In this document: positions 28,011 through 40,946 of the stretch, one piece after another
Layout: each line of letters opens with the position of its first letter
Numbering within the stretch: position 1 is the first letter of the stretch
Source of the DNA: Pseudomonadota bacterium
GTDB lineage: Bacteria; Bdellovibrionota_F; JAHFAK01; JBDREC01
DNA: 64,000 nucleotides
NCBI GenBank assembly: GCA_043820105.1
Contig: JBDREC010000090.1
Span: forward strand, 62,001-126,000
Direction: 5' to 3'
The notes under the pieces: model-generated
What the model was told of the DNA's origin: nothing
Seen by the model: only the letters and a program-made list of their open reading frames with translations
Database searches by the model: none
Translations under genes and position numbers: made by a program

Positions 28011-28724
28011 TTATTTTATTATTTCATTTTGAATATTGAATAGATTATGAATGCCATTTTTTGCGATGTTTAGCATTTCATAAAGTTGCTCACTTGTGAA
28101 AGGTTTGTTTTCCGCTGTTCCCTGGACTTCAATAAATTCATTGTTTCCTGTCATTACAATATTCATATCAACATCACATGATGAATCTTCTTCATAGTTT
28201 AAATCGAGGATCACTGCTTTATTTTTTAGGCCCACACTAATAGCTGCTAAATTATGTAATATAGGATTTTCTTTTATTAATCCATCTTTTAAAAGTTTTT
28301 TTATAGCTAGTGATAAAGCCACAAAGCTACCTGTGATCGCAGCAGTTCTTGTGCCACCGTCAGCCTGAATAACATCACAATCTATCCAAATTGTTCTTTC
28401 ACCCAGTTTTTTTAAATCAATTATTCCCCTTAAGGCTCGACCGATTAAGCGTTGGATTTCATATGTTCTTCCACCAATTTTACCTTTTGACGATTCTCTT
28501 TGATTTCTATCATGTGTGGAATAGGGGAGAAGTGAATATTCTGATGTTAACCAACCTTTGCCTTTTCCTTCAAGCCATTTGGGGACTTCCTTGTCTACCA
28601 TCGCAGAGCAAATGACTTTAGTATTTCCAAGGCTAATGAGGCAAGAGCCAGTTGGATGGATAATATAATCAGGTTCAATAATACATTTTCTTATTTCATC
28701 ATTTTTTCGATTATCAATTCTCAT
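28011..28724 (-). CDS. rph: Ribonuclease PH
   Basis: GNTKVIC, GWLTSEYSLLP, GRTYEIQRLIGR, DCDVIQADGGTRTA, EVQGTAE. Confidence 0.97.
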   Translation of the reverse strand: MRIDNRKNDEIRKCIIEPDYIIHPTGSCLISLGNTKVICSAMVDKEVPKWLEGKGKGWLTSEYSLLPYSTHDRNQRESSKGKIGGRTYEIQRLIGRALRGIIDLKKLGERTIWIDCDVIQADGGTRTAAITGSFVALSLAIKKLLKDGLIKENPILHNLAAISVGLKNKAVILDLNYEEDSSCDVDMNIVMTGNNEFIEVQGTAENKPFTSEQLYEMLNIAKNGIHNLFNIQNEIIK

Positions 28725-28736
28725 GGTGTAACCTTA

Positions 28737-30065
28737 TTATAATATATTTGCAGCTTTTTCAGCAAGAGCAGATCTTTCACCCTTTTTTAATAGGATATGA
28801 GCTGAGATTGCTTCATTCTTAAATTTTTCAACAAGAACTGAAAGTCCATTTGATGAAGAGTCAACATAAGGATTGTCAATTTGATATGGATCTCCTGTAA
28901 AAACTATCTTTGTTCCTACTCCAACCCTTGTAACTATGGTTTTAATTTCATGTGGTGTTAAGTTTTGAGCTTCATCAACAATTATAAATTGATTTGGAAT
29001 GCTTCTACCTCTGATATAGGTCAGGGGTTCAATATCAACAATTCCCATTTCTAAAAATTCATGATATCCCTTTGATCTTTTTGTTTTTGTCATTTTTGTT
29101 CCAGAAGAAAGTAATAAATCCATATTATCAAAAATTGGTTGCATCCAGGGTTTTAATTTTTCTTCAATGTCGCCAGGAAGATAGCCTATATCTTTTCCCA
29201 TAGGGACCACTGGTCTTGATATTAACATTTTCTTATGTGTTTCATATTCTAGAGTTGATTGAAGACCAGCTGCGATAGCCATCAATGTTTTTCCTGTGCC
29301 TGCTTTTCCAACTAAAGTTACCAGCTGTATTTTAGGATCTAAAAGAGCATCAAGGGTAAATGCTTGTTCCATGTTTCTTGAAATAATTCCAAAGATACCT
29401 TCTTTTAGTTTTTTTATTGGAATTATGATATTTCCTTCTTCAATATATCGCCCTAAAGCACTGTGAGAAGGGTTGTCTTTGTCTCTTAATAAAATATATT
29501 GATTAGGATAAAAATGATTCTTTCCTGCATCTATTGAGTTTTCTGTATAGAAAGAGTCAATAACTTCACCATCAAAATCCATAATTATTGTACCTGAATA
29601 AATTTCATCAATGTCAACTTTATCTGATTCATAATCTTCAGCTTGTATTCCCATGGCATTTGCTTTTATTCTGAGATTAATATCTCTAGATACCAATATA
29701 ACAGGCTGAGTTTTTGATTTTGATTTTGATTGCAGGTGAAGCGCTGTAAATAAAATCTGATTATCTGGTTTATCAATATCTATTTTATAAGGATTAGGGC
29801 TTGGAATCTCAACACCGATTTCAACCCTTAAATCTCCACCATCTGGTAGGGGAACAGATTTTGAAAGTTGCCCTTGAAACCTTAGGTTATCAATAATTCT
29901 TGAAAAGAGTCTTGCATTTCTTCCAATCTCAGACATGTCTCTCTTAAACTTATCAATTTCTTCTAGTACGGTCATTGGAATGACTATCTGGTTATCTTCA
30001 AATTGATAAATAGCCTGTGGGTCAATTAGGAGCACATTGGTATCTAGTACATAAGTCTTTTTCAT
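28737..30065 (-). CDS. PIN-PhoH (PhoH2/YlaK-type) protein
   Basis: YVLDTNVLL PIN start; GKAGTGKT, IGYLPG, YIRGRSI, VDEAQNLT, GDP.QID. Confidence 0.93.
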   Translation of the reverse strand: MKKTYVLDTNVLLIDPQAIYQFEDNQIVIPMTVLEEIDKFKRDMSEIGRNARLFSRIIDNLRFQGQLSKSVPLPDGGDLRVEIGVEIPSPNPYKIDIDKPDNQILFTALHLQSKSKSKTQPVILVSRDINLRIKANAMGIQAEDYESDKVDIDEIYSGTIIMDFDGEVIDSFYTENSIDAGKNHFYPNQYILLRDKDNPSHSALGRYIEEGNIIIPIKKLKEGIFGIISRNMEQAFTLDALLDPKIQLVTLVGKAGTGKTLMAIAAGLQSTLEYETHKKMLISRPVVPMGKDIGYLPGDIEEKLKPWMQPIFDNMDLLLSSGTKMTKTKRSKGYHEFLEMGIVDIEPLTYIRGRSIPNQFIIVDEAQNLTPHEIKTIVTRVGVGTKIVFTGDPYQIDNPYVDSSSNGLSVLVEKFKNEAISAHILLKKGERSALAEKAANIL

Positions 30066-30100
30066 GTTTTATAGCCTGTGTTTAGCTGTAAGCTGTAAAA

Positions 30101-30174
30101 TTAGTATTCTGTATTCTGTATTCTGTATTTAGTATTCAGTGAAGAAAAGCTGAATGCCGAATACTGAATACTAA
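30101..30174. repeat. Heptamer GTATTCT array plus inverted copy (hairpin)
   Basis: ttagtattctgtattctgtattctgtatttagtattcag ... ctgaatgccgaatactgaatactaa. Confidence 0.8.
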
Positions 30175-31262
30175 TCCTTAAGCTTATAGCTTTCTTTAAG
30201 TTTATCAATCTGCGCACAAAATTTGCGAGAATTGCATGATGCTTCTTTAAAATCTTTTATTCCATATTTTGTGCTTTGACAATATTTTTCTTTAAAAATT
30301 TGAACTCGGGAATATGCTTCATTATGCTTATTTTTATTTTCATTTTCCTTGAATAATATTTCAAAAGCATTTGCTTGCTTTGTGAGGTTTTTTCCAAATA
30401 AGAATATATCTAGCAAATTCTGACCTTTTTTAATAAGTTCTTCCAAGCTAAAATTTTCACTCATAGCGGACATGTTAAGATCATCACTTACAATTATATT
30501 ATTAAAGCCTAATTCATTTCTTAAAATATCCTTTAAAAATATTTCTGAAAGAGAACATGGAAAGTCAGGATCTATTTCAGGAAATAAGAGATGTGCAGCC
30601 ATTACCATTGGAATGTCGATTTTAAAATTTTCCCTATATGGTATTAGCTCTCTTTTATTTAGCAGATCCCTGGTAATTTTAATCACTGGCAAAATGTAAT
30701 GTGAATCATCTGTTGTATCTCCATGACCTGGGTAATGTTTAAGACAACAAGCTGAGTTGATAGAAGTGATGCCTTTGATGATTTCATTTGATAGTATGGC
30801 CACTAGTTCAGGACTTTCTGAAAGAGATCTTTGCCCAATGTAATCATTGGCTGAGTTTGTTCTTATGTCTACTACAGGAACAAGGGGGGTGTTGAATCCA
30901 GTTGTGATTAATTCCTTTGCAAGGAGTTCTCCGAATTCAAAGCAAAGTTCAGGTTTATTTGTTTTTTCTGCAATTTTGCCTAAGATTTTCATTGAAGGGA
31001 ATTGTGTGAAGGGTTTGGGTAAGTGATTAACAATACCCCCCTCCTGATCAATACAAACAATTAACTTCTCATCATTTGTAATTTTTTTAATACTGGTAAT
31101 TAGTTCACTTACTTGTTTTGGTGATTCATAGTTGTTGTTGATTTCAAAGAGAATAATTCCAGCCGGGGGATAATTTGTAAAAAAATCTTTTAATTCAGAA
31201 TTAATTTCAGATCCATGAAATCCAAAAATAAATCGTTGGCTAACTTGTTTTCGTAAATTCAA
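30171..31262 (-). CDS. nagZ: Beta-N-acetylhexosaminidase (GH3)
   Basis: IDQEGG, KHYPGHG..DSH, SDDLNM. Confidence 0.88.
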   Translation of the reverse strand: MNLRKQVSQRFIFGFHGSEINSELKDFFTNYPPAGIILFEINNNYESPKQVSELITSIKKITNDEKLIVCIDQEGGIVNHLPKPFTQFPSMKILGKIAEKTNKPELCFEFGELLAKELITTGFNTPLVPVVDIRTNSANDYIGQRSLSESPELVAILSNEIIKGITSINSACCLKHYPGHGDTTDDSHYILPVIKITRDLLNKRELIPYRENFKIDIPMVMAAHLLFPEIDPDFPCSLSEIFLKDILRNELGFNNIIVSDDLNMSAMSENFSLEELIKKGQNLLDIFLFGKNLTKQANAFEILFKENENKNKHNEAYSRVQIFKEKYCQSTKYGIKDFKEASCNSRKFCAQIDKLKESYKLKD

Positions 31263-31294
31263 AATGTCTCCAATAAAAATTGATTAGCATTATC

Positions 31295-31317
31295 GCTGTA
31301 TGCTGTACTCTGTACGC
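31295..31317. repeat. Heptamer CGCTGTA repeat
   Basis: cgctgta tgctgta ctctgta cgc (reverse complement of the 12960/59641 unit). Confidence 0.6.
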
Positions 31318-31895
31318 TATACCTTTTTAATCCACATCGCTGCGCCTAATAGATCATCAGCTATATAATCAGGGACGATTCCTGCTGCCTCAAGCTTGAC
31401 TTTATCTTCCTTACCATATCCTGTTAATACCAGGATAGTCTTGCATGATGCATTTTTTCCAAGCATAATATCACTTGCTTTATCACCAATTACATATGAA
31501 TTTTCTAAATCTATATTAAAATCAAACCGAGCTTTTTCTAGTAATCCGATTTTAGGTTTTCTACAATCACAATCAAGCTTATATTCTCCAAAACCCATAC
31601 TTGCATGATGTGGACAGTAGTATAACTTTTTAATAAGTTCTTCTTTGTCATTTAAGGATGAAAGTATATTGTCACTGAATTCCTTGAAGTCTTGCTCCCT
31701 AAAATAAGCCCTAGCTATTCCAGATTGATTTGTTATTATGAATGAAAGGTAGTTTAGCTTTTTAAATAATTTTAAGGCTTCAAGCGAACCATCAATTAAT
31801 TTAAATTTATCAAAACTACAGTTATAACCAAGCTCCTCGCTTAAAGTCCCATCTTTATCAAGAAATATCGCTTTTGTTTTATTATTTTTTATCAC
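31317..31895 (-). CDS. gmhB: D-glycero-D-manno-heptose bisphosphate phosphatase
   Basis: FLDKDGT, ITNQSGIAR, CPHH..CDCRKP, IGDK.SD; adjacent to gmhA. Confidence 0.9.
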   Translation of the reverse strand: MIKNNKTKAIFLDKDGTLSEELGYNCSFDKFKLIDGSLEALKLFKKLNYLSFIITNQSGIARAYFREQDFKEFSDNILSSLNDKEELIKKLYYCPHHASMGFGEYKLDCDCRKPKIGLLEKARFDFNIDLENSYVIGDKASDIMLGKNASCKTILVLTGYGKEDKVKLEAAGIVPDYIADDLLGAAMWIKKV

Positions 31896-31963
31896 TTACA
31901 ACTCAAACTAATAATATATTGTTTATAAATTTATTCATTTAGTACCTTTTTTTTGATTGTTTA

Positions 31964-32551
31964 TCAACCGCTGAATATAGTGTTTTCTACAAGCTCACAT
32001 ATTAAATGTATTGATAGTAAGTGACCTTCTTGAATTCTTGGTGTATCAGTAGAAGGAATTTTAATCAAATGATCACAGTATTCATTCATTTTTCCACCCG
32101 ATGCGCCAGTTAGTCCAATAGTAATAGCTGATAATGCTTTAGCGCTTTCTAGGGCTTTTAACACATTAACAGAGTTTCCACTTGTACTAATTCCTATGAC
32201 AATATCTCCTTCTTTTACTGAAGCTTTAACTTGTCTATCAAAAATATCATTATAGGTATAATCATTTGCACACGCTGTGAGTATTGAAGTATTGGTGGTT
32301 AGGGCGTAAGCATTGAGTGGAGGTCTATCTTTATAAAAACGCACAACAAGTTCTGCTGCAATATGCTGAGCATCCGCAGCTGAACCACCATTGCCAAAAG
32401 CAAAGACAGTATTTTTATTTTTGTAACAAGTAATGATTGCTTTGGCTGTGTTTTCTATGTCTTTTGAACAATATTCATATAACTTTTCATAAACTAAAGT
32501 TGATTCTTTAATTTTCTTTTCAATAAGTTCTTTCATCAAAATCATTTTCAC
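31964..32551 (-). CDS. gmhA: Phosphoheptose isomerase
   Basis: GNGGSAADAQH.AAE, ND, ISTSGNS.N, TPRIQE.H. Confidence 0.95.
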   Translation of the reverse strand: MKMILMKELIEKKIKESTLVYEKLYEYCSKDIENTAKAIITCYKNKNTVFAFGNGGSAADAQHIAAELVVRFYKDRPPLNAYALTTNTSILTACANDYTYNDIFDRQVKASVKEGDIVIGISTSGNSVNVLKALESAKALSAITIGLTGASGGKMNEYCDHLIKIPSTDTPRIQEGHLLSIHLICELVENTIFSG

Positions 32552-32741
32552 CTCAGTGTTTTGTTCAATACCTTAATATATACACCATACTTACACGAGG
32601 CAAAAAAAGATGTCAAATAAGCTTCATCAGTGGTATCAATGTCTTTGATATTATTCACTTTGACACCAGTCTTTTAATATTGTTTTTTAAAGTTTAGTGA
32701 TAAACTCATGGTTTTTAATGCATAAAATGATTTCTTATATT

Positions 32742-32758
32742 TTGGTATGAATTTTGCT
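32742..32758 (+). promoter_or_regulatory. Sigma54 (-24/-12) promoter
   Basis: TTGGTATGAATTTTGCT: GG and GC exactly 10 nt apart, about 140 nt upstream of the peptidase ATG. Confidence 0.6.
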
Positions 32759-32794
32759 ATCAATAAATTCTAGGGAACACTCTTATTTAAATAC

Positions 32795-32880
32795 AGTCGT
32801 AAGTCGTAAGTTGTAAGTTAATTGTTACTAACTTACTATTAAAAACCACTTACGACATACGACTTATAACTTATAACTTA
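32795..32880. repeat. Heptamer AGTYGTA array plus inverted copy
   Basis: agtcgtaagtcgtaagttgtaagtta ... ttacgacatacgacttataacttataactta. Confidence 0.8.
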
Positions 32881-32895
32881 TCAAAGGAGGGGATA

Positions 32896-33672
32896 ATGAT
32901 AATTTCATGGCTAAAAAAGAGTTGTTTTTTACTTTGCTTTCTTGTCTCTACTGTCACTTTGGCTAGTGTAGATCTAAATCAAATAGAACAAATCAAAGAC
33001 AATATTAATAAAGTGCTAAGCACTGATTATGAGATCGCAGTTTATGCAGATTCAAGTGTTTCAAATGCAGCGTCTTCAGGGATGGTGTTTATTGATAAGC
33101 ATATTATACATGTTTGGGCAGGATTGTTAAATGAACTTAATCAGGATGCGTTTATTGGTGTTATGTGTCACGAGTGGGGTCATGAAATGATGGAGCACTA
33201 TAATGCCCGTGTTAGATTTAACATTACATTGGATCAGCTCTTGTCTGAAGGTTATGATCAAGATAGGGCCTTTAAAGTAGCCCAGAAATGTGAAGCAGAG
33301 GCTGACTTCTTCTCGGGAAGCTGTATGGCGGCATACTCTAATGAGTATAGTTATGTTGATCCTTTCCAGATTATTTACGCTATTTTTGAGAAAACTGACC
33401 TTGCAAAAGAGCAAATTGCCAAGAATATTGAGAGAATTGCCATGGTTGAAGCCCAAAAATATGCTGAACAAGTATCTAGAAATGAAGGAAAATTACTATC
33501 AGAAGAAGAATTTTTAACTTTATATAAAAGAATTTACGAAAAAATTAGTAAACAAGTGCTAGGAAAAGATCCCCATGGGACCTTAGAAGAAAGAAGCTAT
33601 TATGTGTTTGAGGGATGGAAGCAAATAACCGGCGAATACCCGCAGGAAAAGCAGTTGCGCTTACCTTTCTAG
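32896..33672 (+). CDS. Secreted zinc metallopeptidase (M48-like)
   Basis: Signal peptide; NAA..., GVMCHEWGH, EAEADFFS, PHGT..ER; SD AAGGAGG. Confidence 0.75.
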   Translation: MIISWLKKSCFLLCFLVSTVTLASVDLNQIEQIKDNINKVLSTDYEIAVYADSSVSNAASSGMVFIDKHIIHVWAGLLNELNQDAFIGVMCHEWGHEMMEHYNARVRFNITLDQLLSEGYDQDRAFKVAQKCEAEADFFSGSCMAAYSNEYSYVDPFQIIYAIFEKTDLAKEQIAKNIERIAMVEAQKYAEQVSRNEGKLLSEEEFLTLYKRIYEKISKQVLGKDPHGTLEERSYYVFEGWKQITGEYPQEKQLRLPF

Positions 33673-33787
33673 TCATAATTATGCTTATAAATTAAGCATT
33701 TTCTAAAGCTTTATCTCATGCAATTAAAAAAATAAAAACATAAAAAAGCACATAGTAAAAATAAAATAAAATAATTGTTTTTTTTGG

Positions 33788-33815
33788 TTGACATCCGTTG
33801 CGTTCTGTCTATATT
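33788..33815 (+). promoter_or_regulatory. rRNA operon sigma70 promoter
   Basis: TTGACA-16nt-TATATT, GC-rich discriminator, A/T-rich UP region; boxA-like (ATCTTTGACAA) at about 33865 and again about 35845. Confidence 0.75.
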
Positions 33816-33923
33816 GGCGTTCGCTTTCACGGAAGAAGAATAAAAAAACGGGGAAGCAATATTGATCTTTGACAACTGAATAGCAGAAAACACGTTAAGT
33901 CATATGCAAAAAATTCTCGAAAA

Positions 33924-35495
<1,572 letters not shown>

Positions 35496-35603
35496 TGTAT
35501 GACTAACATTTTCTGCTATTTGGTTTTGAAAGATCAATTTTATGTTCTTTTAAAATGATATATTTGGAGCTAAGCGCTATAAAAGGCAAGCGCGCAGCAA
35601 TTT

Positions 35604-35677
<74 letters not shown>

Positions 35678-35678
35678 T

Positions 35679-35764
35679 TATTGGGAAAATTACAATTTAC
35701 AAAATCCAAATTACAAAAAATGTGGTTTGGGATTTGTTATTTGAAATTTGGAATTTCCCCCAAA
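35679..35764. repeat. Heptamer-based hairpin between the two ITS tRNAs
   Basis: ttgggaaaattacaatttacaaaatccaaattac ... tttgggatttgttatttgaaatttggaatttcccccaa. Confidence 0.6.
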
Positions 35765-35765
35765 A

Positions 35766-35838
35766 GGGGCTGTAGCTCATTTGGGAGAGCGCCGCCCTTG
35801 CAAGGCGGAGGTAGTGGGTTCGACCCCCATCAGCTCCA
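35766..35838 (+). tRNA. tRNA-Ala (TGC), CCA not encoded
   Basis: GGGGCTG/CAGCTCC acceptor with G3-U70, TT-TGC-AA anticodon loop, GGTTCGACCCC. Confidence 0.97.
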
Positions 35839-36428
35839 TTTTGTTCTTTGACAACAGAATATTTTTGATAATGTACATGGCATTTAATTTTAATTATTTA
35901 TTGTTACTTTAGTTAAGATACTAAGGGCATAAGGTGGATGCCTTGGCACCAAGAGGCGATGAAGGACGTAGTTAGGCTGCGATAAGCTTCGGTAAGTTGC
36001 TAAACAAACGCTATAACCGAAGATTTCCGAATGGGGAAACCCGCATGGTTGAAGACCATGCATCTACATCTGAATACATAGGATGTAGAAGCTAACGCTG
36101 GAAACTGAAACATCTAAGTACCAGCAGGAAGAGAAAGCAAACGCGATTCCCGTAGTAGCGGCGAGCGAACTGGGAATAGTCCAAACCGAATATATGTAAA
36201 CCTGCAAGTGTTGTATATTCGGGGTCGTGGGGGTCTCATGAGTTTTTGCAGAAACTCGAAGAGATAAATGTTAAATTTAGTTGAACTGCATGGGAAGGCA
36301 GACCATAGACGGTGATAGTCCGGTAAGCGAAAGGTTTAACATCTCTGAGAATTCCCCAAGTACCGCGGGACACGAGAAATCCTGTGGGAATTCGGGAGGA
36401 CCACTCTCCTAAGACTAAATACTACTTG

Positions 36429-36476
<48 letters not shown>

Positions 36477-37053
36477 TGCTAGGGGAGTGAAATAGTACCT
36501 GAAACCTTATGTCTACAAGCAGTGGAAGCATTAAATTGGTTCGCCAATTTGGTGCGACTGCGTACCTTTTGCATAATGGGTCAGCGAGTTACTCTATGTA
36601 GCAAGGTTAAGCCGTTTTGGTGTAGCCGCAGTGAAAGCGAGCCTTAATAGGGCGATTTAGTTGCATGGAGTAGACCCGAAACCAAGTGATCTATCCATGG
36701 CCAGGATGAAATCACGGTAACACGTGATGGAGGTCCGAACCGTAGTAAGTTGAAAATTACCCGGAGGAGCTGTGGATAGGGGTGAAAGGCCAATCAAACT
36801 TGGAAATAGCTGGTTCTCCTCGAAATATATTTAGGTATAGCCTCGGATGGTTATTGCCGGAGGTAGAGCACTGGATAGGCTAGGGGTCTTACCAGATTAC
36901 CGAACCTAACTAAACTCCGAATTCTGGTAAATATAGTCCGGGAGTCAGACTGTGGGTGATAAGGTCCATAGTCGAGAGGGAAATAGCCCAGACCGCCAGC
37001 TAAGGTCCCTAAATTTACGCTAAGTGGAAAATGATGTGGAAGTGCTCAGACAA

Positions 37054-37117
<64 letters not shown>

Positions 37118-37782
37118 GTCTGCGCATAAAATGTAACGGGGCTAAGCGTAATACCGAAGCTGCGGACTTGTTGCTTGCAACAAGTGGTAGAGGAGCGTTC
37201 CGTAGGTCTGTGAAGGTGTACCGTGAGGTATGCTGGAGATATCGGAAGCGAGTATGCTGACATGAGTAACGATAATGCGGATGAGAAACCCGCACGCCGA
37301 AAACTCAAGGTTTCCTGGGTAAAGTTAATCTGCCCAGGGTTAGTCGGTCCCTAAGGCGAGGCTCTAAAGGCGTAGTCGATGGACAACAGGCTAATATTCC
37401 TGTACTTGCGTGTTTGTTTTGATCTAAGTGGTGGTGGAGAAGGATAGTTCAGCCAGCGATTGGAAGTGCTGGTTTAAGTATGTAGGAGGATATCCCAGGC
37501 AAATCCAGGATATCATTACTCTGAGATACGATGAGGCGCTTAATCTTCGGAGGCAGCGTAACTGAATGATTCCATGCTTTCAAGAAAAACCGCGTAGGGA
37601 GCAGCACGCAAACCGTACCGTAAACCGACACAGGTGAGTGAGGAGAGAATCCTAAGGCGCTTGAGAGAACTCTGGTTAAGGAACTCGGCAAATTAATACC
37701 GTAACTTCGGAAGAAGGTATGCCCTCATTAGGTGAAGAGATTTACTCTTGGAGCTGAAGGGGGTTGCAGTGACCAGGCCGTA

Positions 37783-37813
<31 letters not shown>

Positions 37814-37917
37814 TAAGTCGTAAGACGATGTATAGGGTCTGACGCCTGCCCGGTGCTGGAAGGTTAAGGGGAATTGTAAGTCTATTTCGGTAGGCGAAGC
37901 TCTGAACCGAAGCCCCA

Positions 37918-38682
<765 letters not shown>

Positions 38683-39150
38683 AAGTTCCGACCCGCACGA
38701 ATGGCGTAACGACTTCGGCACTGTCTCAACCAGGGACTCAGTGAAATTGAATTCGCGGTGAAGATGCCGTGTACCCGTGGCAAGACGGAAAGACCCTGTG
38801 CACCTTTACTCCAGCTTGACAGTGGATTTCGGGGTATTTTGTGTAGGATAGGTGGGAGGCTTTGAAGCTGGGACGCTAGTCTCGGTGGAGCCAACCTTGA
38901 AATACCACCCTGAATATTTTGAAATTCTAACTTGATCCTCTGAATCGAGGTCAAGGACACTGTCTGGTGGGTAGTTTGACTGGGGCGGTCTCCTCCAAAA
39001 AAGTAACGGAGGAGCGCGAAGGTTCCCTCAGGCTGATTGGAAACCAGCCGTAGAGTGTAAAGGCATAAGGGAGCTTGACTGCGAGAGAGACATCTCGAGC
39101 AGGTAGGAAACTAGGTCTTAGTGATCCGGCGGTTCTGTGTGGAAAGGCCG

Positions 39151-39264
<114 letters not shown>

Positions 39265-39265
39265 C

Positions 39266-39317
<52 letters not shown>

Positions 39318-39467
39318 TAGAACGTCGTGAGACAGTTCGGTCCCTATCTGCCATGGGCGTAGGAAATTTGAGAGGATCTGCCCTCAGTACGAGAGGACCA
39401 GGGTGGACGTACCTCTAGTGGACCAGTTGTCACGCCAGTGGCACAGCTGGGTAGCTACGTACGGAAA

Positions 39468-39501
<34 letters not shown>

Positions 39502-39718
39502 CCCTCAAGATTAGATTTCCCCAACTCTAGAAGTTGCTAAAAACCCCTCCAAGACTAGGAGGTTGATAGGCTGGGTGTGTAAGTGCAGCAATGCATTTAG
39601 CTTACCAGTACTAATTGGTTGTGAGGCTTAACTAATAAATTTTAGCAATAAATAAAACGATTTTTTGCCATGTACAGTATCAAGAATATTCTGTTATACG
39701 AATCTCAGACATAAAGTT

Positions 39719-39834
39719 TGGGGTACTTACAGCGATAGGGTAACACCTGATTCCATTCCGAACTCAGAAGTTAAGACTATCTGCGGCGATGGTACTGCCA
39801 GCGTAAGTTGGTGGGAGAGTAGCACAGTGCCCCA
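39719..39834 (+). rRNA. rrf: 5S rRNA
   Basis: CACCTGATTCCATTCCGAACTCAGAAGTTAAG, GATGGTACTG, GGGAGAGTAG; terminal helix TGGGGTAC/GTGCCCCA. Confidence 0.95.
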
Positions 39835-39843
39835 TTAAATTAT

Positions 39844-39880
39844 AAAAAAGGCTTGAAATCATAGATTTCGGGCCTTTTTT
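39844..39880 (+). terminator. rRNA operon intrinsic terminator
   Basis: AAAAAAGGCTTGAAATC-ata-GATTTCGGGCCTTTTTT. Confidence 0.9.
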
Positions 39881-40057
39881 GTTATATAGGGATACTTCAT
39901 GATAAGTTATTATTTAATGAATATTTGTTTATTAAAATGAAAAAAATTATTTAAAAAGTGTTAAAATAATATTGACAATCAACACAATTTTATAGCATAA
40001 GTCATTGTTATAAAGGCATACCATTTTTATCAATTTACATTATAGTGAGGATTTATT

Positions 40058-40729
40058 ATGTTTAGACGGGTAGTTTTTGTCTCTTTATTGGTAGTGCTAG
40101 CTTTGTCGTTGAATTTATTGGCGATTCCGCCGCAGTATGATGGGCCTATTGGGTGGCATATCGAATCTGATAATAGTTATACACCTCCAAAATCTTGGTG
40201 TGAAATCATTCGTGAAGATATTTTGAATTATAAAGATCAAAACTTTCTATGTTTTGAAACAGATTCTGTTGATCTTGATTATGTTAGAATAGAATTTGAT
40301 GAAGAAAATGGTACCTTTCCAATTAAAATAAATGATAGAGAAGATCTCTTTCCTCTTGATAAAGATCTGGTTATAATAACTGGTCCTAGAATTAGCGGAC
40401 CTAGAGCTTTATGGCGATCTTTTCAGGAAGTAGAAGATTACATTGATATGTCAAACGCAAGCCTTGAGTTACTGGCTGCTTTTAAAGAAAAAAATACGCT
40501 TTTGGTTATGGATGACAGATCTGGTATTTTACATTACAGATTAAATGATCTTGATCATGCTCCAGAATTTTTTAATACTGAAATCTGCGCTGAACCTGGC
40601 ATGTCATGCAAAGATTTTAGGATGCTTGAAATTCAAAAAGCCGAAGAAAAAGATGCAGAAGGTGAAGAAGAGGGCGAAGAAGCAAGTAGTGATAGTCGTG
40701 TTCAAGAGTTGCCATCTTTGCCGATATAA
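40058..40729 (+). CDS. Secreted hypothetical protein with acidic tail
   Basis: Signal peptide MFRRVVFVSLLVVLALSLNLLA; SD GAGG. Confidence 0.75.
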   Translation: MFRRVVFVSLLVVLALSLNLLAIPPQYDGPIGWHIESDNSYTPPKSWCEIIREDILNYKDQNFLCFETDSVDLDYVRIEFDEENGTFPIKINDREDLFPLDKDLVIITGPRISGPRALWRSFQEVEDYIDMSNASLELLAAFKEKNTLLVMDDRSGILHYRLNDLDHAPEFFNTEICAEPGMSCKDFRMLEIQKAEEKDAEGEEEGEEASSDSRVQELPSLPI

Positions 40730-40755
40730 GGGAACAAGAGCACAAGGGAACAAGG
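40729..40755. repeat. Octamer GRGAACAA repeat directly after stop codon
   Basis: gggaacaa gagcacaa gggaacaa gg. Confidence 0.7.
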
Positions 40756-40789
40756 TATCCTGGACTTGATTCCTGAATCCTTTTATTAA

Positions 40790-40893
40790 AATTGAGAATT
40801 GAAAATTGATTGTTGATTATTGAAAATTTCTGGGTTCGATAGTATTTTAATAAGAAACAATCAATAATCAACAATCAATTCTCAATTTTCAAT
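40790..40893. repeat. Heptamer ATTGAnn array plus inverted copy
   Basis: aattgagaattgaaaattgattgttgattattga ... tcaataatcaacaatcaattctcaattttcaat. Confidence 0.8.
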
Positions 40894-40946
40894 ATTTCCC
40901 TTTACAACTCCCAGAATAAAACTATATCTATATCATCAATCTGGAG

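Noticed and set aside
28737..30065. PIN-PhoH as a toxin-antitoxin or defence system
   Set aside because: No antitoxin ORF upstream; it sits in a housekeeping run with rph and nagZ.
33711..33893. 60-aa minus ORF
   Set aside because: Overlaps the rRNA promoter and leader; low complexity.
40617..40874. 85-aa minus ORF and 40545-40769 plus ORF
   Set aside because: Built from heptamer/octamer repeats and overlapping a better-supported gene.
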